Assembly: GCA_021650915.1 (NCBI GenBank)
Contig: CP091279.1
Span: 1,440,001-1,472,000, forward strand
Direction of reading: 5' to 3'
Source of the DNA: Candidatus Brocadia sp.
Lineage (GTDB): Bacteria > Planctomycetota > Brocadiia > Brocadiales > Brocadiaceae
Length of the DNA: 32,000 bases
Both the position numbers and the translations under genes were made by a program. Below, piece after piece: positions 16,701 through 25,234 of this stretch. The notes under the pieces were generated by a model that worked only from the letters and a program-made list of their open reading frames with translations, ran no database searches and had not been told where the DNA came from. The stretch's first letter is position 1; every line of letters begins with the position of its first letter.

Positions 16701-17089
16701 TTCCCAGGCAGTTCACGTAATATAAGAGCTGGCCGTAATTTCCCTTCTTTTTGATCAGTTTGAGGAAATTTGAAGAGAACAATTTGGCCTTTAGTAATCA
16801 TGAAAAGGTTTCCTTTAAATCATTCATAGAATATGGAGATTTTTCGTCTTCCATTCCTCGCATAGCTGACGAAAGCGAAAGGTCATTCCATTCGATTTTT
16901 TCTTCTTTTTCTGCTCTTGATCATAAATATTCAACAAAATCGAGTGCAATCAAATTCTATCATGTATTCAGGTATATAATCAATATTTTCACCAACATCA
17001 TCAAGTTTATTTTGGCTTTCCAATTCTCTCAATTGTTTAATATTCTTATACGTTTCGTCAATTAAAATATTCCTTTTCTACAGATACTT
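16697..17089. repeat. Degenerate duplicate (X') of 19533-20027
   Basis: Collinear with 19533-20027 apart from a few SNPs and a roughly 104-bp internal deletion (19780-19883 missing). It carries only toxin codons 1-35, a gutted antitoxin and the 3' end of the 240-aa gene. Confidence 0.85.
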
Positions 17090-17094
17090 CAATT

Positions 17095-17175
17095 CTCCGT
17101 TGGAATATCGCAATCCATGAGCCAGGTGCGCCGAAATTTCCCATACCGCCCTTCGATCCGATTCAAATCACTAAT
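17095..17175. repeat. 81-bp direct repeat R, copy 1
   Basis: ctccgttggaatatcgcaatccatgagccaggtgcgccgaaatttcccataccgcccttcgatccgattcaaatcactaat. It has 4 mismatches to 19053-19133. Confidence 0.85.
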
Positions 17176-17213
17176 CCCCCCCCTTCCTTTTCCCCCCTTC
17201 TTCTACTTCTTCG

Positions 17214-17241
17214 TTGACATTTAAGATTATGCTTTTATAAA
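17214..17241 (+). promoter_or_regulatory. Sigma-70-like promoter candidate for the MBL-fold gene
   Basis: TTGACA (17214-17219), a 16-nt spacer, then TATAAA (17236-17241), about 90 nt upstream of the TTG start at 17328. Confidence 0.5.
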
Positions 17242-17327
17242 ATTGAGAGCGTGAAATAAACACGGAAAAAACATTTATCGATATTATGAGCATAACCAAA
17301 GGAACAATACTGCCTTGACTGACTGCC

Positions 17328-18818
17328 TTGACTGCAAAATATCTATTCGCTGGATACCCCTCCGCCATCGTATATGAGCTTGGGGCTGACACCAAGCCTC
17401 CTTCCAAGCTGAAGGCGGTGAAACAATTACTCTGGGGAGATTATATGCGTGTGGTCCGCAGCTCCGGTGAATATTATCATGTGAAGATACGTGGCGTGGA
17501 AGGCTGGATCAAGGCGAGCGATACGCAACAGGAGCGGCTGCTGGAAATCGTATTTGTAGACATCGGCCAAGGTGACGGCGCACTGGTTATTACGCCCGAC
17601 GATCGCAAGTATATAATCGATGCTGGCGAGGGCGACAACATGTACCGGTTTCTGCGGTGGCGATTTGGAAAATTCCGACAGCCTGTAATTTTTGATGCGG
17701 CGATTATCTCGCATTCTGACTCGGACCATTATGGTGGATTCGAGGAGATATTTAAAGAGCCAAACGTGAAATTTCGCGCCGTGTATCACAATGGACTTAT
17801 GGAACGCACATCGGTAAGAAAAGCAGGAATATTGGGCCAACCAAAGAAATCTGGCGCTCATTCTTATATTACAGACCTCGTGCCAACGCTGGAAGCCTTG
17901 AGAACGTTTCTCTCAAAGCCTTCAGCATGGAAGGATAAGAGATATCCGACTATGCTGAACAAGGCATTGGAGGCTGGCCGGTTTGAAGACTTTAAAATGC
18001 TCAGCGCAGGTGATCGCCATTTCCCAGGTCATGGACCCGGTTCCACGCTTGAGATACAGGTGTTAGGCCCTTATCCGGAGACAGTAAATGACACATTAGC
18101 CCTGCGGTGGCTGGGAGATGTGGGCAAGACAAAGAATGGTCACTCCATTGTGTTTCGCTTCCTTATCGGCGGGGTATCTATCTTTATGGGAGGGGATTTG
18201 AACTTGGAATCCTGTCGTCTGCTGCTTGAGAAACACACGGGGTTATCCCCGCAACCGAAAACTTCCGAGGACGAAGCTGCGCTTGTGGCTGGCGGCCAAC
18301 GCATTTTCGGCTGTGACATCGCAAAAGCGTGCCATCACGGCAGCGCGGATTTATTCATTCCATTCCTGAAGTCTATTCACCCTATTGCCACGGTCGTCTC
18401 CAGCGGGGACGATGAACCGCACGCCCATCCGCGAGCCGATGCTCTTGGGGCTATGGGACGATGCGGTCGTGGAGAGAGACCACTGATTTTCAGTACCGAG
18501 TTATCCCGCTCAGCCAAGGAAAGCATCAAGCACCCCAACGTACTTCGCGAACAACTGGCGGCCTTGTTAAAACGGATTACCGACGCAAAGACTGACAAGC
18601 AAAGGGCGTTAGCCCAAAAAAAATTCGACGAGGCAACAGCAAACCTTGACCGGAGCGTCGCAGTCTTCGGTGCGATTAACCTCCGCACTGATGGCAGGAA
18701 GGTTGTTATGGCATACAAGCTGGAACAATCCACACCTTCTAAAGGTTGGGACATTTACCAGATGGAGCCGATCGGAATCAATGGTCCTCTGGGATATCAG
18801 AGCAAGTATGACAAATGA
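17328..18818 (+). CDS. MBL-fold metallo-hydrolase (ComEC/Rec2-type beta-lactamase-like domain) with N-terminal SH3-like region
   Basis: FVDIGQGDGALVITPDDRKYIIDAGEG ... IISHSDSDHYGG (HxDxDH variant) ... CHHGS ... SSGDDEPHAHP. A TTG start is the only option after the in-frame TGA at 17310. Confidence 0.75.
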   Translation: MTAKYLFAGYPSAIVYELGADTKPPSKLKAVKQLLWGDYMRVVRSSGEYYHVKIRGVEGWIKASDTQQERLLEIVFVDIGQGDGALVITPDDRKYIIDAGEGDNMYRFLRWRFGKFRQPVIFDAAIISHSDSDHYGGFEEIFKEPNVKFRAVYHNGLMERTSVRKAGILGQPKKSGAHSYITDLVPTLEALRTFLSKPSAWKDKRYPTMLNKALEAGRFEDFKMLSAGDRHFPGHGPGSTLEIQVLGPYPETVNDTLALRWLGDVGKTKNGHSIVFRFLIGGVSIFMGGDLNLESCRLLLEKHTGLSPQPKTSEDEAALVAGGQRIFGCDIAKACHHGSADLFIPFLKSIHPIATVVSSGDDEPHAHPRADALGAMGRCGRGERPLIFSTELSRSAKESIKHPNVLREQLAALLKRITDAKTDKQRALAQKKFDEATANLDRSVAVFGAINLRTDGRKVVMAYKLEQSTPSKGWDIYQMEPIGINGPLGYQSKYDK

Positions 18819-19052
18819 CGAAAAGAACCATGCGTTTTGCTGTGTGGAGATAAAAAACCGAAAAGAAAATATTCAATTCTTCGTTCCAGCTGGCGCCATA
18901 TAAGGGTGGATGGAAAGAGATCCCTTTAAATCTTAAATGCCTGTTCAATCCACGTCTTTTTCAGCAACGGTTTTTCCACCCGCGTCAAAATGTCCCTTCG
19001 GAGTCCCAGCCGGATAATCAATCCCCCGGGAGCGCATCTTTTCCAACATATC

Positions 19053-19133
19053 CTCCGTTAGAATAACGCAATCCATGAGCCAGGTGCTCCGAAATTTCCC
19101 ATACCGCCTTTCGATCCGATTCAAATCACTAAT
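19053..19133. repeat. 81-bp direct repeat R, copy 2
   Basis: See 17095-17175. On the minus strand it lies inside a start-less open frame (..ISDLNRIERRYGKFRSTWLMDCVILTEDMLEKMRSRGIDYPAGTPKGHFDAGGKTVAEKDVD*; a TAA lies upstream and there is no start codon before the internal M of LMDC). Confidence 0.85.
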
Positions 19134-19231
19134 GGGTGACCACCTTCTCCTTTACAGAACCTGAGCGGGATAGTAGGTAAGCATCCTGGAGGATTTTTTG
19201 ATGGTGTATCAGAAGCAGCAATTACCATGTG

Positions 19232-19294
19232 TTAGAACCTAATGAATGCCGAACTGCTGCGAAGCAAAAAACTACGTGCTATGATTTGTTATGC
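19232..19294 (-). other. Candidate attC site (attC-E)
   Basis: The minus strand reads GCATAAC-AAATCATAGCACG...CGGCATTCATTAG-GTTCTAA. The toxin stop codon TAA lies inside the R''-like GCATAAC. Arm pairing is only partial and the R' core is non-canonical. Confidence 0.35.
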
Positions 19295-19636
19295 GCTAAG
19301 AATCCATTTGGATAGTTTTTGCCTTATTTTGTGTAGTCTTTCTGTGTTAATCTGTCCCAATGTACCAAGGAGTGCCTTTCCATCAACAACGGCAAGCCTG
19401 CTGCCTCGAATAATGCTTGGCACCTTCAAACCAGATTGAATAAAATCAGAAGCTTCAGGAGCGATAAGTTCGTCTAACTCAGGGATTAGTTGATCAATAT
19501 TAGAAGATATCATACAAATAAGCCAGTCGTTAAATTTTCCAGGCAGTTCACGTAATATAAGAGCTGGCCGTAATTTTCCTTCTTTTTGATCAGTTTGAGG
19601 AAATTTGAAGAGAACAATTTGGCCTTCAGTAATCAT
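19289..19636 (-). CDS. Type II toxin, PemK/MazF family
   Basis: MITEGQIVLFKFPQTDQKEGKLRPALIL..DWLICMISS.. matches the MazF/PemK fold pattern. It overlaps the upstream antitoxin gene by 4 nt. Confidence 0.8.
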   Translation of the reverse strand: MITEGQIVLFKFPQTDQKEGKLRPALILRELPGKFNDWLICMISSNIDQLIPELDELIAPEASDFIQSGLKVPSIIRGSRLAVVDGKALLGTLGQINTERLHKIRQKLSKWILSA

Positions 19637-19845
19637 GAAAAGGTTTCCTTTAAATCATTCATAGAATATGGAGATTTTTCGTCTTCCATTCCTCGCATAG
19701 CTGACGAAAGCGAAAGGGCATTCCATTCGATTTTTTCTTCTTTTTCTGCTCTTGATCGTAAATATTCAACAAAATCGAGAACTTCTCTTTGTTTTAGTTC
19801 GGGCAATGTTTTTACATTTTCAATAATTCTTTCTGTAAGGCTCAT
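19633..19845 (-). CDS. Antitoxin, DUF2281-like
   Basis: MSLTERIIENVKTLPELKQREVLDFVEYL. The ATG at 19845 is preceded by GGAGGA. The longer track ORF start was rejected. Confidence 0.65.
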   Translation of the reverse strand: MSLTERIIENVKTLPELKQREVLDFVEYLRSRAEKEEKIEWNALSLSSAMRGMEDEKSPYSMNDLKETFS

Positions 19846-19901
19846 ATCATATCCTCCACTTACCCATAATAACAACCTCAAGCGCAATCAAATTCTATCA
19901 T

Positions 19902-20429
19902 TTATTCAGGTATATAATCAATATTTTCACCAACATCATCAAGTTTATTTTGGCTTTCCAATTCTCTCAATTGTTTAATATTCTTATACGTTTCGTCAAT
20001 TAAAATATTCCTTTTCTGCAGATACTTGGGCAGAGGAACTTTAATTTCTTCGTTTTCTCTACAAATATCAAGATATCTTTTTATTATTTCTAACTCTCCT
20101 TTCGTTTTTTCTTGATTATTACGATACCATAAATCTTTTACCATTTCTCTGATTTCCTTTAATATTTTACCAATACCTTGAAAACTGAAACCACCAGGAG
20201 ATGATATTCTAATACGATAGACTTGTAGTCTTTCGTGTTCATTTGAGTAAAAGTCTAAATTGTTAAAAATATATTCTATATCAGGAGTTCCTTTATCTAA
20301 AGACAACATTGCTTGATTAGGAAGATTAAACGGAGGAAATGGAGGTAGTGGATAATGTAATTTTGTTTTACGCCACAAACTGAGAGTTTCTTTCCATATT
20401 TTATAGGAATCATACACAATCGGATGATC
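19902..20429 (-). pseudogene. 3' part of a 240-aa gene of unknown function, interrupted by IS copy B
   Basis: The first 24 residues of the track ORF are encoded by the IS left end. The authentic sequence resumes at ..DHPIVYDSYKIWKE.. and joins in frame to 22285-22479 once the IS and one TATATA copy are removed. Confidence 0.8.
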
Positions 20430-20435
20430 TATATA

Positions 20436-22284
20436 GTGTTTGAACGGAAACCCCCCAGAGCCCTGTAAAGTAAGGAGAAGCTGGTGAAAAATGTTCATGA
20501 AAGTCATTGAATTTTTTCGGGTAAAAGGGTAAAATATGGCGAAAATGAAGGGATTCTGGGTATAAAGAGTCCAAATATTCGGTTCATTAACCCACTAGCC
20601 AAAGGACATTCGATAGAAGATGAGAAAGAGATTTGAGCAGCAATTGAAGCTTGGCATCATACCCATTTCAGGGGTAAAACTGCCAATAAAGAGTCGAGAT
20701 GAGCTACCACCGATACTGAGGGCGTTGCAACATATCTATGTTACACCGGAGTTGAACGAGGAGGTATTCCGGATATTAGAGGCGAAGGTAACGAAGGGGA
20801 AGAAAAAGACGGGAAGATATGGGATGGATTTATGGCATATTTTGGTGTTGTCGGTGGTAAGATTAGGGTTAGATGCCGATTATGACAGGTTGGAGGATTT
20901 TGCCAACCATCACAAACTTATCAGGCAGATAATGGGGGTTGAGACGGCATTTGGAGAGGCGAAGGTTTTTTCGATGCAGAGCATCAAGGACAATATAAGA
21001 TTGTTGGATGAGGAGACCCTCAGGCAGATAAATGAAGTGGTGATATCATCGGGGCATCAGTTGGTTAAAAAAAAGGACGAAGGACTGTGTATTAAGGTGG
21101 ATACGTATGTGTTAGAGACGAATGTACACTTTCCGACCGATATGAATTTATTGTGGGATGCGGGACGCAAGAGTCTGGACATGATAGAGGATGCAATAGA
21201 GGAAGGCATCCTGGCGGGGAAAGGATGGCGCAAGAGCAAATATTGGAGGAGAGAGTTAAAAAAGCTGATGAGGATAAGCGCAAAGGCGTCAAGCAGCGGG
21301 GGGAAAAACAAGGAAGAGCATGTGAGGAGTTACTTGGAATTATCGAGGGGTTTGAGTGAAAAGATAGGAGCGAGTCTGTTAGCCATCTACGAAAAGGTGC
21401 TAACGACGAACCAGGTAGACAAGCATGCAGGGAAAATAGGGACACTGGAGTATTTTCACGGGATGTTGAATAAACAGATAGACCTGGTGGAGAGAAGGGT
21501 GATCCGGGATGAGGTAATACCGGCGGCAGAAAAGGTTCATTCGTTGTTTGAGCCGCATACGGAGTGGCTGTACAAAGGCAAGTCAAACAAAAGGGTAGAG
21601 TTGGGACATAATATTCTGGTAGCAAGCGATCAGTGGGGTTTCATCGTGGACCATGTGGTAGGAGAAAAACAGGCGGATGTATCGTTGGTAATTCCATTGG
21701 CAGATAGGTTGTTGAGCCGTTACGGAGAAGGCACAATAAAGAGTATAAGTTTTGATAAAGGTTTTTACAAGAAAGAGAATAAAGAGTTGCTGAGTTTGTA
21801 TATACCAGAGGTAATCCTTCCCAAGAAGGGCAAGAAGAATAAGGCGGAACAGGAAGAGGAATCGGGTAAGACATTTAAGAAGCTAAGGCACAAGCACTCG
21901 GCGGTAGAATCGGATATCAATCGTTTGGAGCATCACGGCTTGGATAGGTGTCCGGACAAAGGGCTGCATGCCTTTAAAAGATATTGTGCAATGGGCGTGT
22001 TAGCTGCGAATTTGCACAAGCTGGGAAACGTGCTGCAGGAGAAGGCACGGAAGCAGTGCGAAAAGTTGCGAAAAGCCGCCTAAGCAAGCAAAAAACACGA
22101 AGAAAAACAGTCTGCCGGGAGGCAGGTACGCCCAGACAAGGCTAAAATAAAGGGGAAAACAAGGGAAATATGTAAAAGAACAGTATTTTTGCCAAAAACC
22201 CTAATCTCAAATCTTAAAATTATCTATTGGTAAATAGAAAATCGACCTCGCACTTTTACAAAAAGTGCGTTTTCGTTCAGACAC
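20436..22284 (+). mobile_element. DDE insertion sequence, copy B (intact)
   Basis: It has the same IRs as copy A and is flanked by the direct repeat TATATA (20430-20435 and 22285-22290). By eye it differs from copy A only at 20453 (C versus T at 8412) and in G-tract length. Confidence 0.9.
20620..22083 (+). CDS. DDE transposase (IS4/IS5-superfamily-like), intact 487 aa
   Basis: An uninterrupted ORF with DDE-type blocks HFPTD, SFDKGF and SAVESDINRLEHHGLDRC. Confidence 0.9.
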   Translation: MRKRFEQQLKLGIIPISGVKLPIKSRDELPPILRALQHIYVTPELNEEVFRILEAKVTKGKKKTGRYGMDLWHILVLSVVRLGLDADYDRLEDFANHHKLIRQIMGVETAFGEAKVFSMQSIKDNIRLLDEETLRQINEVVISSGHQLVKKKDEGLCIKVDTYVLETNVHFPTDMNLLWDAGRKSLDMIEDAIEEGILAGKGWRKSKYWRRELKKLMRISAKASSSGGKNKEEHVRSYLELSRGLSEKIGASLLAIYEKVLTTNQVDKHAGKIGTLEYFHGMLNKQIDLVERRVIRDEVIPAAEKVHSLFEPHTEWLYKGKSNKRVELGHNILVASDQWGFIVDHVVGEKQADVSLVIPLADRLLSRYGEGTIKSISFDKGFYKKENKELLSLYIPEVILPKKGKKNKAEQEEESGKTFKKLRHKHSAVESDINRLEHHGLDRCPDKGLHAFKRYCAMGVLAANLHKLGNVLQEKARKQCEKLRKAA

Positions 22285-22479
22285 TATATATTTTTCATAC
22301 TCATGAAACCAATGATCTAAATTTTCCCAATAGCTAACTTGAGATTTATGGAAAATATTTTTGGTAAGAAATAAATCATATATGTTTCCTATACTGGTGG
22401 ATAACAAAGTAAGATCATTAGTTGTCCATATTCCCCTTGTCCGAAAACCTATAGTTACTGTATTTGATTTTTCATTCAC
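22285..22479 (-). pseudogene. 5' part of the IS-interrupted 240-aa gene
   Basis: A GTG start at 22479 follows GGAGAG. It encodes ..VSYWENLDHWFHEYEKYI and then runs into the IS right end. Confidence 0.75.
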
Positions 22480-22501
22480 TTTTTCTCTCCTATTTTAAAT
22501 C

Positions 22502-22584
22502 ATATAACGTGCAGCTTGAGGGGCGCGTGGAAACAGGCGGCGAAGCCAGTTGTTAGAGCATCCCTCTCGAAACGATTGTTAGGT
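22502..22584 (-). other. attC-like site (attC-A), possibly composite
   Basis: The minus strand reads ACCTAAC-AATCGTTTCG...(inner CTCTAAC-AACTGGCTTCG)...CAAGCTGCAC-GTTATAT. The R''-proximal sequence CCTAACAATCG is shared with attC-C. The next ORF starts 23 nt after the R'. Confidence 0.55.
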
Positions 22585-22691
22585 ACCTGGGGTCAAAATG
22601 GGTGACCCCTGCCCCTAAAGACCAAACTATCGAATCTCTACTCTATGAAATGCCACCGCGAAGCAGTTTCGTTCAACAATGATTACTGCGG

Positions 22692-23012
22692 TCAGGTGGA
22701 GCGATTTGTTAGGCGTGACTGTCTTTGATTTAACCATTTTTTAAATGAAGTTTGACTCTCTCCTGATGGTTTACCCGCTAATAATCCTTTCACGCTTATA
22801 TCTTCGTCAATGTCTTCCCAATGAATACCATGACCTTTACCTATTAGCCTCCAGTTATTTCGCTCTTCTAATGAAGCATGCACCAGGCGTGGAAACCACT
22901 CAAGCGGGACAGATATTGTCCTTCCATCGCTTAGATCGACACTCAAGGTATCATCTGTTACTTTTACATCTGCTGCTTTTGGAATTTCTGTTTCAATTGC
23001 CGAAATATTCAT
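22692..23012 (-). CDS. DUF2442-like protein (putative antitoxin-like partner)
   Basis: VKVTDDTLSVDLSDGRTISVPLEWFPRLVHASLEERNNWRLIGKGHGIHWEDIDEDISV fits the DUF2442 pattern. The start is set at MNISAIE. Confidence 0.7.
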   Translation of the reverse strand: MNISAIETEIPKAADVKVTDDTLSVDLSDGRTISVPLEWFPRLVHASLEERNNWRLIGKGHGIHWEDIDEDISVKGLLAGKPSGESQTSFKKWLNQRQSRLTNRST

Positions 23013-23229
23013 GCCATGCCTCCAACAATTTTGAATGATACTCATTAATAATCCTCCGGATTTTACCTATTTCCGCACGGCTAAATCCCTCACTACTTTG
23101 CAGTCTAACTGGATCAAGCCAGAATTTTGCAATTTTGTCATCGCGCTCAACGTGAACATGCAGCGGTTCATCTCGGTCTCCCGCATAAAAGAAAAAACGG
23201 TATGCTTCAACTCTTAAGACAGTTGGCAT
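22993..23229 (-). CDS. DUF4160-like protein (putative toxin-like partner)
   Basis: YRFFFYAGDRDEPLHVHVERDDKIAKFWLDPV fits the DUF4160 pattern. It overlaps the DUF2442-like gene, a commonly seen pairing. Confidence 0.7.
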   Translation of the reverse strand: MPTVLRVEAYRFFFYAGDRDEPLHVHVERDDKIAKFWLDPVRLQSSEGFSRAEIGKIRRIINEYHSKLLEAWHEYFGN

Positions 23230-23420
23230 TGATATTATATCACCTTTATACGCGCTTCAGCACCGAAGCGGTTGTTACATTACTTTATTAAAAAACGTTT
23301 GTGAAAAGAGGATTAAAGGGTCACCTTGACTTTTCTTTATGGTTTCGTTTCTTTTATCAATATCAAAACTATTTTTACCCTATTTGGAGGGCTTTTTCTT
23401 TAGCCTGGTCTCTCCTTTTT

Positions 23421-23636
23421 CTACTCTACCAAATTTTTCTCAACTTCAAGCGTGTAAGATAGGATTGTTTTTAAATCCATCTTTTTAGAGGCGTGAAGGA
23501 TTTCAATCCCTACAATCTTGTCCTCAGAAGTCGTATCTAAATTAACCCCTTCAGATAGTTCTATAACTCCTTCTGGAATCTCATCACCCAGCTTTAGGTA
23601 CAACGCATCTACTTCATCATCATAATATACTTTCAT
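23421..23636 (-). CDS. DUF2283-like protein
   Basis: MKVYYDDEVDALYLKLGDE...VGIEILHASK fits the DUF2283 pattern. Confidence 0.7.
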   Translation of the reverse strand: MKVYYDDEVDALYLKLGDEIPEGVIELSEGVNLDTTSEDKIVGIEILHASKKMDLKTILSYTLEVEKNLVE

Positions 23637-23859
23637 CTTTTTCTTCCTTTCTTCAAAGGATAGTTTGTTATTACTGTTGTTATATCATCATCAACGGAAA
23701 CAGCAATCTTTAATGGGTATTTAAAACCTTCAACATTTTCTATAATTTTTGATTACCTTGAATCAATTCTTTACCTGCCAGAATCTTTCTAACTGTTTCC
23801 TCTGGAATTTTATATAATTCTCCCCTTCTTTTTGCATGGCGAGAGAACTTTATTTCCAA
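23633..23859 (-). pseudogene. DUF4258-like protein, frameshifted
   Basis: A TTG start is followed by LEIKFSRHAKRRGELYKIPEETVRKILAGKELIQGNQKL*. The remainder, (I)IENVEGFKYPLKIAVSVDDDITTVITNYPLKKGRKR*, is in another frame. Its stop overlaps the DUF2283 ATG (ATGA). The length of 227 nt is not a multiple of 3. Confidence 0.6.
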
Positions 23860-23891
23860 AGCGATTTGTCCTTTTATTCTCTTATCTTAAG

Positions 23892-23949
23892 CAATAACGC
23901 CGCTGTTCAGCGGCGGCGGTACGCCATCCGCTGCAACCGATTGTTAGGC
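23892..23949 (-). other. attC site (attC-C), 58 bp
   Basis: The minus strand reads GCCTAAC-AATCGGTTGCAGCGG-ATGGCGTACCG-CCGCTGAACAGCGGC-GTTATTG. R'' matches RYYYAAC. The arms are imperfectly complementary with unpaired bases. The DJ-1 stop codon TAA lies inside R''. Confidence 0.75.
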
Positions 23950-24633
23950 ACTTCTCTCAAGAGCCTTGAGCAACAATTCAGCGACGGCATCACCCGAAGC
24001 CGGGTTTTGGCCACTAATGAGTCTCCCGTCTTCAACAGCATATGCTGCCCAAGGCTCATCCGCCTTGTGGTAGATGGCTCCGCGATTAACCAACTCGGTC
24101 TCGGTCAAGAAGGGCACATACTTATCAAGCTCGGCTAGTTTCTCCTCTTCGTTTGAGAAGCCTGTGACCTTCTTCCCTTTCACGAGCAGGGTGCCATCGG
24201 ACATCTTTATGTTCAGCAGGCCCGCGGCTCCATGACAAACCGACGACACATAGCCACCGCTTTCATAAATCCTTCGGCTAATGGCCTGGAGTTCCTCGTT
24301 GTCTGGAAAATCCCAAATGACACCATGGCCGCCTGCAAAGTAGATGGCCACATAATCATCTGGCTTGACTTCACTTGGCTTCAACGTGGCGCCAAGCCGA
24401 TTCATAAACTCCTTTGTCTGATACCATGTCCAGTCAGTGTCATCTGCCATAGCAAGGCTATGGGGGTCAATCGGTGTATAGCCGCCTCTGGGACTGACAT
24501 AGTCCACTTGATAGCCAGCCGCTTCGACCTTCTTCACAAAGTGCACAGCCTCTCCTAGTCAGAGACCGGTAGCGCGCTTCAGATTGGGATACTTCTCGAT
24601 GCTGGTCAGAACGACAAGAATCTTCTTTCTCAT
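23944..24633 (-). pseudogene. DJ-1/PfpI-family (class I glutamine amidotransferase-like) protein with premature TGA at codon 25
   Basis: The ATG at 24633 follows GGAGGA. The sequence is MRKKILVVLTSIEKYPNLKRATGL*LGEAVHFVKK..., with TGA at 24561-24559 where a Trp codon (TGG) would fit. Downstream, SSVCHGAAGL contains the nucleophile-elbow Cys. Confidence 0.8.
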
Positions 24634-24669
24634 GAGGAATTCCTCCTATTGCTTTGAATGGGTAGTGGT

Positions 24670-24799
24670 GCCTAACGGTGGGCGTTACCCGCTGGTGGGC
24701 GGGACGAGAGAACGCCTCTTTGCCGGAATCAACTTCAAGCCACACAAACTGCTTGAAAACGCGCAGACTCCCACCAGTCGGGTGCACGCATTGTTAGCC
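24670..24799 (-). other. attC site (attC-D), 130 bp
   Basis: The minus strand reads GGCTAAC-AATGCGTGCACCCGACTGGTGGGAG...CCCACCAGCGGGTAACGCCCACC-GTTAGGC. R' is a perfect GTTRRRY. CTGGTGGG pairs with CCCACCAG. It lies 28 nt after the protease stop and 37 nt before the DJ-1 ATG. Confidence 0.75.
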
Positions 24800-24826
24800 G
24801 CCGTTATTGCGATTCATGCTGCGCAT

Positions 24827-25234
24827 TTATACCCAATGCCAACTTTGTGAATCAAAGCCCAGTTCAACTGCCGCTTGTATGGTCTCTAAGCCGATTATCG
24901 CAGGGCTATTGCCAGAGGGATGAAAGATAATTTTTGTTGTTGGTAAAGGCTTACCTTCAAACTTGAATCCGACGTTAGGATATAAATCCATCGTAGTTGT
25001 CGAACCATCCGCCAACATAACACTTTGCTTAATGCTAGTGGATGGAGATAATTTTATTGCCGTTGCTATTGCCTGAGGAAATTGAGTAAATACTGCCCCG
25101 GTGTCAACTACTGCCCAAATTGTGGTAGCAACAATCCCTGTAGGTCCAATTACTTCTACGGTTGCATAGGCTTGCTTGAATTGCCCTGTCTGACCCACAT
25201 AGTATCTACTGGATGGATAAGTAATCTTTTTCAT
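24827..25234 (-). CDS. Retropepsin-like (clan AA) aspartyl protease, single domain
   Basis: WAVVDTGAVFTQFP (DTG active-site motif) and the C-terminal AIIGLETIQAA block. Confidence 0.7.
   Translation of the reverse strand: MKKITYPSSRYYVGQTGQFKQAYATVEVIGPTGIVATTIWAVVDTGAVFTQFPQAIATAIKLSPSTSIKQSVMLADGSTTTMDLYPNVGFKFEGKPLPTTKIIFHPSGNSPAIIGLETIQAAVELGFDSQSWHWV

Noticed and set aside
16751-17065. Plus-strand ORFs MISLRKFEENNLAFSNHEK... (also 19586-19978)
   Set aside because: They are antisense to the MazF/DUF2281 module. They appear twice only because the DNA is duplicated, and they have no RBS or recognisable domain.
19846-19901. Possible attC between the 240-aa gene stop and the antitoxin start
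   Set aside because: The 56-bp gap has no TAAC...GTT cores or convincing arm pairing. The 240-aa gene and the TA pair are provisionally treated as one cassette.
23245-23280. Hairpin cgcttc-agcacc-gaagcg flanked by ATGTAAC / GTATAAA as a possible attC (attC-B)
   Set aside because: It is only 36 bp and the R' lacks GTT. Its cores are not complementary to the neighbouring cassette boundaries. It may be an eroded attC, but this is not supportable as a call.
24467-24787. 106-aa minus-strand ORF
   Set aside because: It runs through attC-D and the DJ-1 gene 5' region in the wrong frame. Its composition reflects the palindromic attC, not a protein.
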